From NCBI GenBank assembly GCA_009103225.1, contig RHPI01003124.1, positions 1-64,000 of the forward strand: a stretch of 64,000 nucleotides of DNA. The letters are read 5' to 3'. Made by a program: the position numbers and the translations under genes. Source of the stretch: Chlorokybus atmophyticus (Eukaryota; Plantae; Mesostigma and Chlorokybus algae). Each line of letters begins with the position of its first letter. Within the stretch, counting starts at the first letter, position 1. The notes under the pieces were generated by a model that had not been told where the DNA came from, did no database searches, and was given only the letters and a program-made list of their open reading frames with translations. Positions 42,301 to 54,991 of this stretch are shown piece after piece.

Positions 42301-45300
42301 TCAAACGCAGCCCGTGACATGTACTGGCGCTGGCCGGTGACCATTGTGAAGGCTGCCATGAGCATGCGCCTCTGTTTTTTCAAACGGGTCTGCAGAAGCA
42401 ATTGTGTGAATACCAAGCAAGCAATATTGCAACATAACACTGCTTCTCATGCCTTGAAGTCTAGGAGCCAGTGCGTTTTCATGCCATTGACGAAAGCAGG
42501 AACCAACATGTTCAGCAGGAAGTACACTGCTAGGATCTGGAAGGTGACAAAGAACAAAAAACTGGCGCGACTGTTGAAGGCAGCAAACCAGCAAAACAAT
42601 GTCAGCGATGCAAGCAATGTTGTTAATGGGGTGATGGACAGAAACAGCAGTATGCAAGTGACGCTGTCGGTAGCAAGAAGCACTCCCACACCTGCGAATG
42701 TAAGTGGACTGAAACACGTCTGGGTAGTTGTCGCCAGTAGTAAACACGAACATAGAGACGACACCATCTCCAAAGTGAAAAAAGTTCTCATTGCCCCACT
42801 CAGCACCAAACAGCTGCCAAGCAACCAGGCAACTTAGCAGCGTACACACACGGTACTCAGACGGTTCGATAGCCACTGCGTTACAAGGTACTAACCTGGC
42901 AGCCGATGTTAGCATAGAACAGGATGAGGAACAATAGGAGCAACTGGACCTCAAGCATGGCTCGCGTCGCAAAAGCAGAGCGAAACACCATTGCGGAGAA
43001 TGCACGCACCTCTGGCCAAGCTGCAAGTAATAGCAGCGGCCTGCACACTAGTGAAACAACCTGCAACCACATGCTGATCACGCACAATGTTGGTATGTGC
43101 ATCATTGGCCTGCACACTAGTGACACAACCTGCAACCACATGCTGATCACGCACAATGTTGGTATGTGCATCATTGGTTGTACAACAATTATTGGTTGGC
43201 GTATGGAATGCAGACCTTAAGTGCGTCGGAGTTGCGCACAACCTTTGCAACAACATCAGCAATGACCACAAAGCACGCTGCTGCTGTGAAGATGGCCTGG
43301 AAGTTCACTCGAATACGCTTTTGTATAGCTGCATCTCTGCGTGAACCATTCCTTAATGAAATGCGCAATTACCTGAAGCACTGTGCATGTGCATACAATA
43401 AGTACACATACTTTTCCGCAGTTGCTGGCATTTCCCGCACGTGGTAGAACAACTCTCTCAGGCCCGTGATGTATAGCTCCAGGCCTAACATGGACATGAA
43501 TGCGCAAGAGCTCAACACCGCTGCTGCAAGCTCCCACCTCCCAGCACCAGTACCTGCCCCACCGGGAGTCAATCTACCAGTCACTTAACACATCATCGCT
43601 AGACACCTTGTGACGCAGTCGAGCAACGGTGGTGTGGAATGCAGACAGCATTGATACAAGTCGACGGCAGTTGGCTGCAGTAATGAAGGTGACCTCTGCA
43701 CAACAGTCTGAAGCACTGAACGCAGTCAGCATATGCGCACTGACCTTCCTTGGTGTAGAAAATGCCAAGGAACAGGTATACGGCCGCAGCAATAAGCACG
43801 ACATGACGAGGCCACGGCGCAAAGTATATCTGCTCCAACCCGATAACAATGGCGTCAAGTTGTGCCGATACTCACAATATTTATGCAAAGGGTGACATGC
43901 AATGCGTCTGGATGCAACAAGGCTGTTGATATGTCCGTCTTTCTGCAATGGTGCGTGAGCTTACCTGCATAGCGCGAAGCACACGCTTACGCACGCCCCC
44001 TTGTACCTGTCTTACAGCCCGCTTGACAAAGTGGTGGGGCACCCATGCACCACGCGACACCGCAGATACCCACAATGCCGCCAGGTCAATGGCATCTGGA
44101 TCGATATGCTGCGAATACAAAGTCCAACATACACTTCATTCCTGTCCTTACAATCTCATCACATGGTTGCTGTTCAGGCAGATCCCATTCCTGGTCATAC
44201 ATGTTGGCAGACACCGACCATCCATGCCTCAAGTACCTCGGGGAGCTGGCGACGGCGATGCGAGCCTCCACGTCTGCGAATAGCGCTCAGGGCGCGATAC
44301 ACACGACCCATGCGCACTGGGGAGAGGGATGCTTGGTCGGTCTTTGGTGCCTGTGTGCGCATGCCTCAGTGCAGATGCAGGAACATACAGCGCCACTCTG
44401 CAACGGCGGTTTGTTTGCACATACTGAAAACGCTGAGAGACACCAACGCGTATGCAGTGACCTGTGGTGGGCTGGGCACATTTGAGCGCCTGCCGAGTGG
44501 CGAGAGCCGAACTCCGCGGCTTGCAGACGCACTGAACCTTGGACTGGGTACCTGCAGCAATGGAGGTGTGCATACTGCATTGCCAACCTGTAAGTTGTTG
44601 ATGCAGTACCTCGAGCGCTTCAGTTAAGGACCTGACCTTTATCTGGAGGCTAGGCTTCTTTGGGTATGCGAGACCTCCTTGTCCTGGGCGCGTTTTGATT
44701 GTAGGCAAAACTGGCATGCCCGCATTCAAGTCAGAAACCGTGCCAGCCCTTACGGATCCTTGCGGCAAATCTGCGGTACCAAAACAGGTGGCCATCATGC
44801 AAACGCCACACCACAAGAGGGAGACAGGAATGACAGGTGTACATATCAGGTGTCCAAAGACAAGCCATTGTGTACGCATATTGCGAATCACATTCACCAC
44901 CAGTAAGCAAACCTCCAACAACAAAACTGCACGTTGCTCTTAGTAATAACCTGAACTGCTAGCATTGGTGGTAGGAGGAGTCTGGCCATCATCATGCACG
45001 GGGTCTGAGATTCCATCCTCTCGCAAAATCTCAGCACACGTGTCATGGTCACTGTGCTCTGCCGTAAAAGATGAAGCTTCGCCAAGACGGCTTTTCCTGC
45101 GCGGCGCTGGGCTGCTCGTTGCAAAGTTGAAGACGTCCTGTCCCAAGTCCACTGCCTGGGCCCTGCGGCGTGGCGCAAAGCTGAATCGGCTCGGAAATCT
45201 GGATGGCGATTTACGGACAGATGGAGAGTGCAGGGCTCGCTTTGACTGCAGGGATAAGCAGTCAGTAACAAGTGGGCACAAGTTGCAACGAATGCACTGA

Positions 45301-46682
45301 ATGTAGCAGACCTTTGCTGGAAGATCCTCCCCTTTGCTCTTCTTGGGTGTCCCAGGTCGAGAATCGTAAACACCTTTATTGACACGCGCGCTGAATATTC
45401 CCCCCTCTGCACTGTAGCGTCGGGCTCTTGGGTGAGCGTTGGTGTCAGCGTCAACTCGGCCTGTGCGTGAGAAGCCCAGGCCAGAGCCGCTGTTTGAACG
45501 CACCAGTCTCTGCAGTCCATAGCAACATGTAGGTGATTGAGCATAAGTCCAAACATGATGCCACACACGCGCGGACTGGTGGTCAGAAGTGTTGTTTGCA
45601 CTGACTAGATTGCGTTAGTTCTCAAAGCCATCTTTTCAACTTGACATGCTCTTCAGCAATGTGGTGTGGCCTGGTATTGCACCTGTGTGCTGCGCTGAGT
45701 GCGGGATGAGGAGCCAGCACGAACAACGCCATTCTCAGGTATGACGCCTCTTCTCGGCAAGGGAGCAGCTGCACCGTCAAGCAGCAGTATCCCCTGATAA
45801 AACGTGCCATCACGCTCCAGCTCCAGCAGCCGCTCTTCATACAACTGCAGGACAGGCTTGCTTACTCAACAACACGCCAGTGACGTGTTTGGCATTGCAT
45901 GCAAGTAAGCATGCAGTCAAACATACTCGCAACAGGTCGTGTGTGGAAATGTTACTCGATGTGGCAGACAAGGGGCTGAGGCTTCCATCACTGGGAGAGC
46001 TCATGCCAGAGTCACTGCCTTGCTCAGATGTACCGGCATCCGACGAGAGGTTGGAATTTCGTTGCAGCCTCGCACGCGAAGAAGGTGAACGCTCGCGCTC
46101 AGACCCATTTGCTGGACGACGTGAGAAGGACGCCTTGAATGAAGAGAGCAGTCGAGCAACAGTGCGTGGAGAAGGTAGCGGGCTAGAGTCAGCAACTGAT
46201 CCAGACGGTCCGGTCTTGACAGTCAACTTGCGGATTAACCTCGCCAGAGGTGAGGGGGGCTGTATTCTGGGAACATCTGTCTGCTCCGGCAGGGCAATGG
46301 TGATATTAATAGCGCCCGTTTGCACCGAAGGCGGTGATGTGGTCGCTGCCTGTGTCTGTGCTGTAGCACCTTCACACGCACCATCTTCACTGTCGAGGGA
46401 ATGCCTCCCCCGTAAAGGCCCGAGGTTTGATGGCGGTCTGCTTTGGCGCCGTTGCTGTAATGCACTGACATAGCTGATAGGCTCCACCGAAGGCGTGTGC
46501 CTGCTTGTGCTGGCCTGTGCAGTACAATCCACCACCGAGGCAGCTCCATCATGAGCTGACGGACTATCAATTTCTGCAGCTGCATTGCTGCTGTCACCGT
46601 CACCACTGGCGCCATCAACCCGATGGATGTCTAGCTGAGGTCCGAGTCTGAGCCTCAATGGCCCTTGTGCGGCATGTCTCAT
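39362..46682 (-). CDS. TPC1: Two-pore cation channel (TPC family) with EF-hand linker and long low-complexity N-terminal extension
   Basis: Pore I MFVFTTGDNYPDV...SRASFLFFVTFQILAVYFLLNMLV; EF-hand LDKDGSGRLDAFEF; S4-II ARIVLLSRTCRLL; pore II ENFDSMWGSLLTLFQ|VIQGNNW...YFITFCYLAQLLLLNAIVGVMLDAY. 3' end and N-terminal exon structure are approximate. Confidence 0.88.
43038..43175. repeat. 69-bp tandem duplication spanning a splice acceptor of the TPC gene
   Basis: Copies at 43038-43106 and 43107-43175, 1 mismatch; each contains TGGTTGCAG|GTTGT on the minus strand. Confidence 0.92.
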
Positions 46683-48108
46683 CTCCTCATTGCAGTGCTG
46701 TTGATTGCTCAGCCTGCTTCAGGTGCTGCTGCACAAAGTTACGAAGTGAAGTTCATTGCTTGTATAACTGCAATGCAAGCAAGCTTGGATTAGCTTCACC
46801 AACACTGCGAGGCATTACATTGTGCTACAGTAAAGATGGCGTCGATTCATGCGTCTGAAAGAGTTGATGCAAAATGCCTGTTGCATTATATGATTCAAAT
46901 TATGTCATCGTTGAACTTTTACAAACAAATTTTGCCCGACTGGTTGATTAGCATACTCGATTGCTATGTTGGAGAGCTTCTGCCTTTGAGAACACACATT
47001 GCAGCATGTGCTTACCACAAATGGCAAACGTGTGTTCATAGAGGTTCAAGCTCAGGATCGGCCAAAGAGAAGCTGCTTGAGAGAGTCTAGACAGCAAGTA
47101 GACTACAAGCACAGCTGCTATCAGTCTAACGACAAAAGTGCCAATCTGAAACAGCGCAGCTTTGCTGCAGAGCACATCAACAGTCCGGATCTATGACCTG
47201 CAGATCTAGCGTTCATGATCTTACAACACCAAGGTAGACCACAAATCGCTTCGCACAGCACTTGTGGAAAGCGCTGTGCGTTACGTAATATACCATGCTA
47301 CCAAGCAAAGCCACCAACACAGACAATACACACGCCCTTGCTACCTGAGGCGTGTGTAGTTATTTCGATCTGCAGCCTTGATCAAGCTGGGTCAAGCGCC
47401 AAGACAACACACACAGCTTCCGTCAAGCTCCAGATCCTGCCTGCAGCCGCCGCCGCCGCTGCCGCATCCACTGCCTCGCACAAAAGCACAGCTGAGCTGT
47501 GCTTAGCACAACAAATAAGAATAGCAACAGCCACAGCAGCAGGGAACCTGCTGCGGCTGTACTTGTGCAGAGATCGATTCGCCAGTGAACTCTGAGTGAA
47601 CTATTTGGTATTTTTTTAGACTCGACTGCTCACTGCAGGGTCCCCTGCGGTGAGAGTTTTAGGGTTGCCTGCTTGCACGTGATTGCAGGCGCATTTGTTG
47701 GCGCGGCGGCGGCGGTGGTGGCGTTATTCACGGGGTTGCTGCTTGGGAGAGGTGCAGCTGTAATGGGAACTTTTGTTTTTGAAGCTGCTCTGCGAGCGGC
47801 AGCGGTGAGCTTTCCAAAGCCGGCGGGTGAGTGCCTTTCTGCAGCTTCACTTGTGTGCTTGGGGCTAGATTGTTGTTGTTGTTGATTGTGGGACACTCCG
47901 CATGCGACAGGCACTGCTTAAGTTCTAGCCTATATACACACCGTGTCAATATCCAGGCCAGTGTCAAGTTGTGTTGTTGGCTGCTTCATGCAACTGCAGC
48001 TTTAGCATCATGCGCTCAGCGCAAGCATGCAGAAAGCCAAATGTGTGTCAGGCGTTGGGTAACGCGTTGCATTTTGTGTTTGAGCTACTCACATGCCTTG
48101 AAACTTAG

Positions 48109-51100
48109 ATTTTCTCTACTCGTATGGCACCGCCGGCTTCCGCTACAATGCGGCGCTTCTTCCATGTGCCGCATTCAGGGCCGGAGTCTTGGCTGCGTTG
48201 AGGGCGAGGCAGCTGGGAGCGGTGACAGGAGTTATGATTACTGCAAGTCACAACCCTGCGCCTGATAACGGCATCAAGGTAAAAGCAGAGAGTGATTGCG
48301 TGCTGTTTACCTGGCTTACACCTGGCTGTGATCGTGTTGGCAGCACTGTGTGTGCTTTAACCTGACTGTACAGCGTGTTGGGTTGGCTTGCACAGCTAGC
48401 AGACCCGCATGGAGGCATGTTGGCAATGAATTGGGAGCATTATGCCGCGCAGTTGGCCAATGCTGCGACAAACGACGACCTTGTTGAGGTATATGTCAGC
48501 TTTGCTTTCAATGATTCGCTTTTGCGTTTGTTTTTGTTTGTCGACCACATCATGCATGGCTGTGATGCCAGGCTGTTAAGCAATTGTGTAACAAGGAAAG
48601 TGTCAAGTTCGGCCAGAGCAATAATGTTCACGTGTTTGTAGCCCGCGATACACGTCCGAGCGGCTTAGCCCTCAGCGATGCCGCTAAGCAGGTTGACCTT
48701 GTTGCTCATGACTGCATAGCATCCACAAGCTTTGCGGCACTGGACTGCTGAGGTTCACTTGAACATGGGCTCATACGCAGGGTGTTGCAGCCACAGGTGC
48801 ATCCGCCGTGGATTGGGGGCTGTTGACAACTCCACAGTTGCATTTCATTGTTCGCGCTCACAACCGCAGCGAACCTGCTTCGGAGGCTGACTACTTTGCC
48901 AAACTTTGCAAAGGCTTCAGGTATAGACTTGGCTTCTGCCCCTTATTTGATTCTCACATAAAGACAATGCAGCATTGCTTCTTAGCTTGCAAGTGCTCTC
49001 GCTAACAGGGACATGCTACAACATGCATTAACAAGAGAAGGCACAAGCAAGCTGCTGGTACGAAACTCACATGTAGTTGTGAGCGTTGTTGATATGCAAC
49101 ATAGCTGTAACTGTGCAGCTCTTCACTTTGCTGACGAGCTCTTCAGGTGGATGCAGCAAATGGTGTTGGCGCCCCCAAGCTGCAGCAGTTGCAGCAACAC
49201 TTGCAACAAGCTTGTCCAGAAGCTAAGCTGCACATTGAGATTAGAAATACTGGTGTTGATGGAGAGCTCAACGAAGGCTGTGGAGCGGACTTTGTGCAGA
49301 AAGAGCGACAACCGCCGCGGTCTTTTTCACCAACAGCTGAGATGGGGACGAGGTAGGCACCTAGCACTGCACAAGTCAGCATTCTGCTGTGTGATCCTGT
49401 GTCTACATGCTTGCAAGTCTTCATGTTTATACTGTCTGCTCGCTTGAACAACAGCGGAGGCACCTTTGCTTGCTAGGCTGACATGTCGTATGCCAGCTGT
49501 GCCAGCATCGATGGCGATGCAGATCGAGTGGTGTACTTCTCCCTCTCCCCTCATGCGCCCTTGAGGCTTTGCGATGGCGATCGTATTGCAGTGCTCTGTG
49601 CTGTGTATGTGCAAAGAGCACTAGCATCTGCCAATTATGAAGGCATTCAGGTAAAGTGTCTTTACCTGTGATGTGGTCTTGTTTGCTCATTGTGCAATCC
49701 ATGAAACTGCTGTCTATGCCACAGTGCTTTGCTCTTCCTGCGTTGTGCACAGGTTGTGCGCTTGTCGCGTGCACAGCAGCAGAGTACTACGTGCCCTTAT
49801 TTGAATGAAACGTGAATGCAATAGTCCACCTAACTGTAGGTTGGCATGGTGCAAACGGCATATGCAAATGGAGCGTCAACGCAGTATGTTCGCGATGTGC
49901 TTGGCCTGCCTGTGGTGCATACTCCGACCGGTGTCAAACACCTTCATTATCAGGTTACCATTGATTGACAATTGTAGTCACGGGCACTCACATGGTTGTC
50001 AAAACATGACTGCGCTGGCTTGCAAGCTCGCCATTCGGGACTTTCACTTTTGGTTGTGCTGGAGTGCCTGTGTTTGCAGTTGCATTGGTTCTGGCACTAC
50101 GCAAGTTGTTGAGACTGGCGTTGTGTGCACATTCATTACTCACTTGCATGCATGCCCTGTTTGCTTCCAGGCTGAACAGTACGATGTTGGCATCTATTAC
50201 GAGTCCAACGGACATGGCACCGTCCTTTTCAAGGATTCCGTCCTTGACCAACTGAGGCGCAGTGACAACCCCGGCTGCAGGCAGTTGGTAGCATTGTCAC
50301 ATGTCGCCAACCAGGTACGGTTGTCTTGGACACTGTTGGCGGGTTGAATACTGGACATTGGTTTGACCAGCTGTGTTCGGACATGGGTTTGCTTGCAGGC
50401 GGTTGGTGATGCTTTGAGTGGCATTCTGATGGTTGAAGGCATATTGCGTGTTTTGGGGTGGTCAAACCAACAGTGGGCTGAGCTGTATGAAGATCTGCCC
50501 AGCCGTCAGTTGAAGGTGGGAGCAAAGTTACTCCTCATGTCAGTGCATGTAAACAGAAGCTTTGCTTGCTAACATGGTGATCAGCCTGCGTCTGGGTTGA
50601 TGACATGTATGACCACAGGTCAAGGTTGCAGACAGGAGTTGTGTTGTGCCTACGCATGATGAGACCAGAGTTGTACGACCTGCAGCGCTTCAGGCTGCCA
50701 TAGATGATGCCGTTGGTAAGAATTGAGCAGTTGAGCAGTTCTGAGAACAGTATCCTTTCAGGTTGCTGTCCTGCATGTACAAAGGCTGTCACCAACCATG
50801 TCAAGCTGAGTGAGTGAGAGCCTGTGGTATTGCCCGTTTTTGGGGGCCTTGGCCGAACTTGCATATTAATGTTTATGTTGTGTGGTCTGCACAGCCAGTG
50901 TTGTGGACGGTCGTGCGTTTGTGCGACCATCTGGCACCGAAGATGTGGTTCGAGTATATGCTGAGGCACGCACGCAGGTGCGAATGCTCGAATCGTGTAG
51001 GGTCGGTGAGCCTGCAGTAATTCTCAATATTCCATCCGCGGACTGGTCAGAGCAAGGTCTAACGCAACAATACTTACGGGCAGGTGGCCGCTGGTGTGCT

Positions 51101-51149
51101 CGCTGAGAAGGTTGCAAGAGCTGTGTCCATGCATTGCAAAGCAAATTGA
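48109..51149 (+). CDS. PGM3: Phosphoacetylglucosamine mutase (AGM1/PGM3); first short exon upstream of 48109 not resolved
   Basis: [24 protein letters not shown] (catalytic Ser), [25 protein letters not shown] (metal loop), [28 protein letters not shown]; stop TGA 51147-51149. Confidence 0.96.
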
Positions 51150-51609
51150 AGTTCTTGGCAGTCTTCTGTAAACTCTGTAAGCAACTGAAACCCTTCTGGA
51201 GTGGTTTTGTACAAATTCCAGGTTGACTGCAAGTGTACAAAAGATGCAAGGCGGAACTCGCACATGCAAATCTACGTGAACATGCAATGCCACCACCGCA
51301 ACAATCACTCATCAACTTGACTACCGGGCTAAGGCATGTGCCTGCATGCTATCTACCAACTACCCATACCCCTACTGATACTAGCGTGGTGACGTGCACG
51401 TGTGGGTGTGGGTCTAAGGTTGTGATGTGTGTGATGTGCGCGGATAGGCATGGTGCAGCACTGACAGCCCACACGTACGTGTCCACGATAATAGAGGTTA
51501 ATTGCAGCTGCCCACATGCATGCCACACGGCTTAACGTTCAAGGACCATGCATGGTCCTTCCACGGACCCCGCGGGCCATACATGCCCGTGCCCCGCGAA
51601 CCGCGAGTA

Positions 51610-54600
51610 CAATCTACCCCCGCCAAGAGAATTCGTTTCAAGAGAATAACCCCGTTAGTATCATAAAAAATGAGATTACCAAACGTCTTCACAGGCAAAT
51701 TACGCATCTCAAGAGAATATGACTAACCGCGAAGAGCATATCTTTTTTCCTTGGAAAAATCGTAAGTTTAAGTGAGGATATGCTTGTATCGGGGGGTGCA
51801 AGTGTGATGCATACGGCGCACAGCGTGATGAGCATGATGGGCGTGATGCATGTAATTCACTGTATCTTAATGTAACTTAGCGTTGCAAAGCATCACCGCC
51901 GCCACTTCGGACGGCAGCGACGGCGGTGAGGAGACGCAGGCTGGGGGCAGCGATGGCGGTGAGGAGACGCAGGCTGGGGCAGCGGTGGCGGGCGGGGTAT
52001 AGTTGATGGGCATGCCGCTCAACTTGTAGGGCGGCTAGCTGGTCACGGCTGTTGCAGCGCCGCTGCTGGCCTCGCACAACAAGTAAGGGTTTGCAACGCA
52101 CATGCAGTGCATGCACGTACATGCAGTGTGTGATTGTGTATGCACAAACAGTAATGTAGTGTGTGATTGTTGTTGTAGGTCAACATGGCCGCACAAATCA
52201 AGCGTGATAACCTTCCTTTAAAAGACAAGCAGCGCATCCTTGAGTTGTGTGACGCCAATGAAGGTCTTAAGCAAGCGGACTTGATTGCTATTATTAGAAC
52301 TGAGTTGAAGTTCACTATCAAGCAGAGTTCGCTCTCCAAACTTCTCAATAAACAGCGACAGCAAATAGCCGATGCGTTGGCTGTGGGTGGCAAGCATGCG
52401 GCCAAAAACAAAAGGATGCGGATTGGGGCTCATCCCAAGTTAGAAGATGGATTGTATGAGTGGTTTGCACAGGCCAGAGCACGCAATGCGTTGATTACTG
52501 ATGCATTGTTGATGGAGAAAGCATCAGATTTTGCCAACCGGTTAGGAATAGAAGGGTTCAGCGCTTCGCAAGGTTGGGTGCACCGTTTCAAAAAGCGTCA
52601 TTCAATTGCTGCGAAAACTCTGCATGGCGAAGCAGCTGATGCAGATGCGGAGGGTGTGGATGCAGCTCGTAGTAGACTGCCTTTAATCTTAGCAAACGAT
52701 CGCATCATTGATGTATGGAACATGGATGAGAGCGGAGTGTTCTATAGAGCACGTCCGCGTCGTACATTAGTAGTTGCATCGGAGGAAGCTAGAGGGGGCA
52801 AGCGAGAGAAGGACAGAATCACGGCAGTTTTGTGTGTCAACGCTGACGGTTCGGGAGGAAAAGCGACCAGTCCTCATCATTGGCACCTACAAGCGTCCGA
52901 AGTCCTTTGGCAGCACTTGGACGCCAATCCGCATTGGCGTTGACTACGACTACAACAAGAAGGCTTGGATGAACTCCGGGGTGAGTGCATGTGCATATGC
53001 AACTTCATTTGCAGCTGCATATGCATTAATTGTGCATGTCACTTACTGTTGTGATGCTTGCAACAGGTCTTCAGCCGGTGGTTGTGTGCCTTCAATTTAG
53101 ATATGAAGCTACAGAACCGCCACATCTTGCTGCTGATGGACAACTCCTCAACGCATGCCTGCGTGTATGCAGAACAGGGCTTGGAAGAAGGCTTTCGAAC
53201 GCTGTCACTAAGCCACATAAAGTGTCTGTTTCTTCCGGCCAACACTACATCCAGAGTCCAACCTTTGGATGCTGGCATCATCGCTGCATACAAGGCCAGG
53301 TAAGTCACAATACATGCCGTGTTATGAACAAACAGAGCCTTTATTTCTATCAAGATATCAGAATTTTTGGGTTGGGGGGCCCCCCGGCCCCCCAAACCCC
53401 CCTTGTTTGTCAGAGTTTGTTGTGGTGTACATCATGTTGTTGATGGTCTTCATGTGACGGTACAAAGGAAGCTTGTGCAGCATCTTCTCGCAGCAATATG
53501 ATGCAGACCCCACCCTCGACTTGAGTAAAGTGAAGGTGCAGATGCGTGAAGCCATCATGTGGAATCGCGAGGCGTGGGACGAGCTGACTGCCACAACCAT
53601 TGCCAACTGCTGGAGGAAGACTGGCATTACCCCCGCGGAATGGTATGAGGCCACTCCCGCCGACACCGAGCGCATCATTCACGCGGTGATACACGACATG
53701 GGTGAGATGATGCAGCGTTTGCCCATTCCACGTGCTGACATGCTCTCCGCTGACGAGTTCGTCGAGGCGGATGATCATCTTCCTACTGTAGCTAGCCAAT
53801 GTGACGAGGACATTTTGATGAGTGTTGGGGCACTGACTCCACGGACGGACGACACCGCCGATCTCGACGCGGAAGGTGTGTACGCGTGCATGCACTCCGT
53901 ATGTAGCTTTCCTTCTCATAATTTTCACATAACACATTGCAGATGATGATGAGTGCGCACCGCCGGTTGTGACGACATTCGGGTGTCTTCAGCACTTGGA
54001 CAGTATTGAGGCCTTCGTGGCTGGCAGTGAGTGCTTTATGCCTGAGCATCTACAGTTGGCGTTGCGGCACATCCGCAATGTGGTGATTCGTCATCAGCTA
54101 TTTGGCTCCTCGCACCAGACACGCTTGCACGAGTTATTTCATGCCTCGAGCAATGAGGCATCAACATCACACGCAGCCACCACCAGTGCAACGGCCGAAG
54201 ACCCTCTTGTAGTTGATGACTAATGGCTGAGATGTTTGATGTACATGCGAACTTTCATTATGTTCAAGGCATGAGACATGCATGCAAGTGTGCATGCTTT
54301 GCATCATACACAAAAGTCAACACACTGAAACACATTTCAAGCCCATTGACATGCTTAGCAGATGTACATTAAAAAATGCATTACAACCGCAGCATCTTGG
54401 CTGCATGTCACACAAATGGCAAGAATGTTGTTTGGATTCATCTGACTATAGCAACGCAATTGTATGGTATTCAAGCAAGAATGTAGCAACATGGGCATTG
54501 TTGAGCTTCATTGCTCACCATGCTAAAGCGAAAAAGTATTATACACAAGACCCCGCTAATAGCATATTTATGCTCTTGGCAGTCAATAGCATATTATGCT

Positions 54601-54680
54601 CTTAAACGCTTAGAGAATAACCCCGCCAAGAGCATAAGATGGCTGAGGATAAACAGTATGCTCTTAGCGAGGGTAGACTG
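51610..54680 (+). mobile_element. pogo/Tigger-type (IS630-Tc1-mariner) DNA transposon
   Basis: TA|CAATCTACCCCCGCCAAGAGAAT ... ATGCTCTTAGCGAGGGTAGACTG|TA (TIR 19/23, TA TSD at 51608-09 and 54681-82); subterminal AAGAG(A/C)AT repeats at both ends. Confidence 0.9.
52185..54223 (+). pseudogene. pogo-like CENP-B/DDE_1 transposase with three introns, frameshifted
   Basis: HTH ...HPKLEDGLYEWF...FSASQGWVHRFKKRH; NMDES, KDRIT, KAWM, LLMDN, LPANTTSRVQPLDAG; one extra G in the GGG at 52853-55 shifts the frame; the acceptor of intron 2 (~53460) lacks a clear AG. Confidence 0.88.
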
Positions 54681-54767
54681 TATACACGTGTAGTTCGTGC
54701 AGCGCCTGTATTCGGTACGGCTTGGACCGTAATTTTGCATGGGTCGTACCTAACCATAATCGCGTTA

Positions 54768-54991
54768 CAGTCTATCCTCGATAAGTGCATACCATCGGGA
54801 ACACCTCGTTTTATGCACTTATCGCGGATGTGCACTTACACTGTCTTATACTACCAACAGAGTGCATTGGTGTTGGGCAAAACCATGCACTTACACTGTC
54901 TTATACTACCAACAGAGTGCATTGGTGTCGGGCAAAACCATGCACTTATCGCGGATATGCAGTTATCGAATATGCATTTATCGAGTTACAG
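54768..54991. mobile_element. pogo-like MITE with an internal 55-bp tandem duplication
   Basis: TA|CAGTCTATCCTCGATAAGTGCAT ... ATGCATTTATCGAGTTACAG|TA; internal ATGCACTTATCGCGGAT repeats; 55-bp copies start at 54832 and 54887. Confidence 0.65.

Noticed and set aside
46836-47175. Short ORFs between TPC and PGM3
   Set aside because: No motifs; probably TPC 5' UTR or intron sequence.
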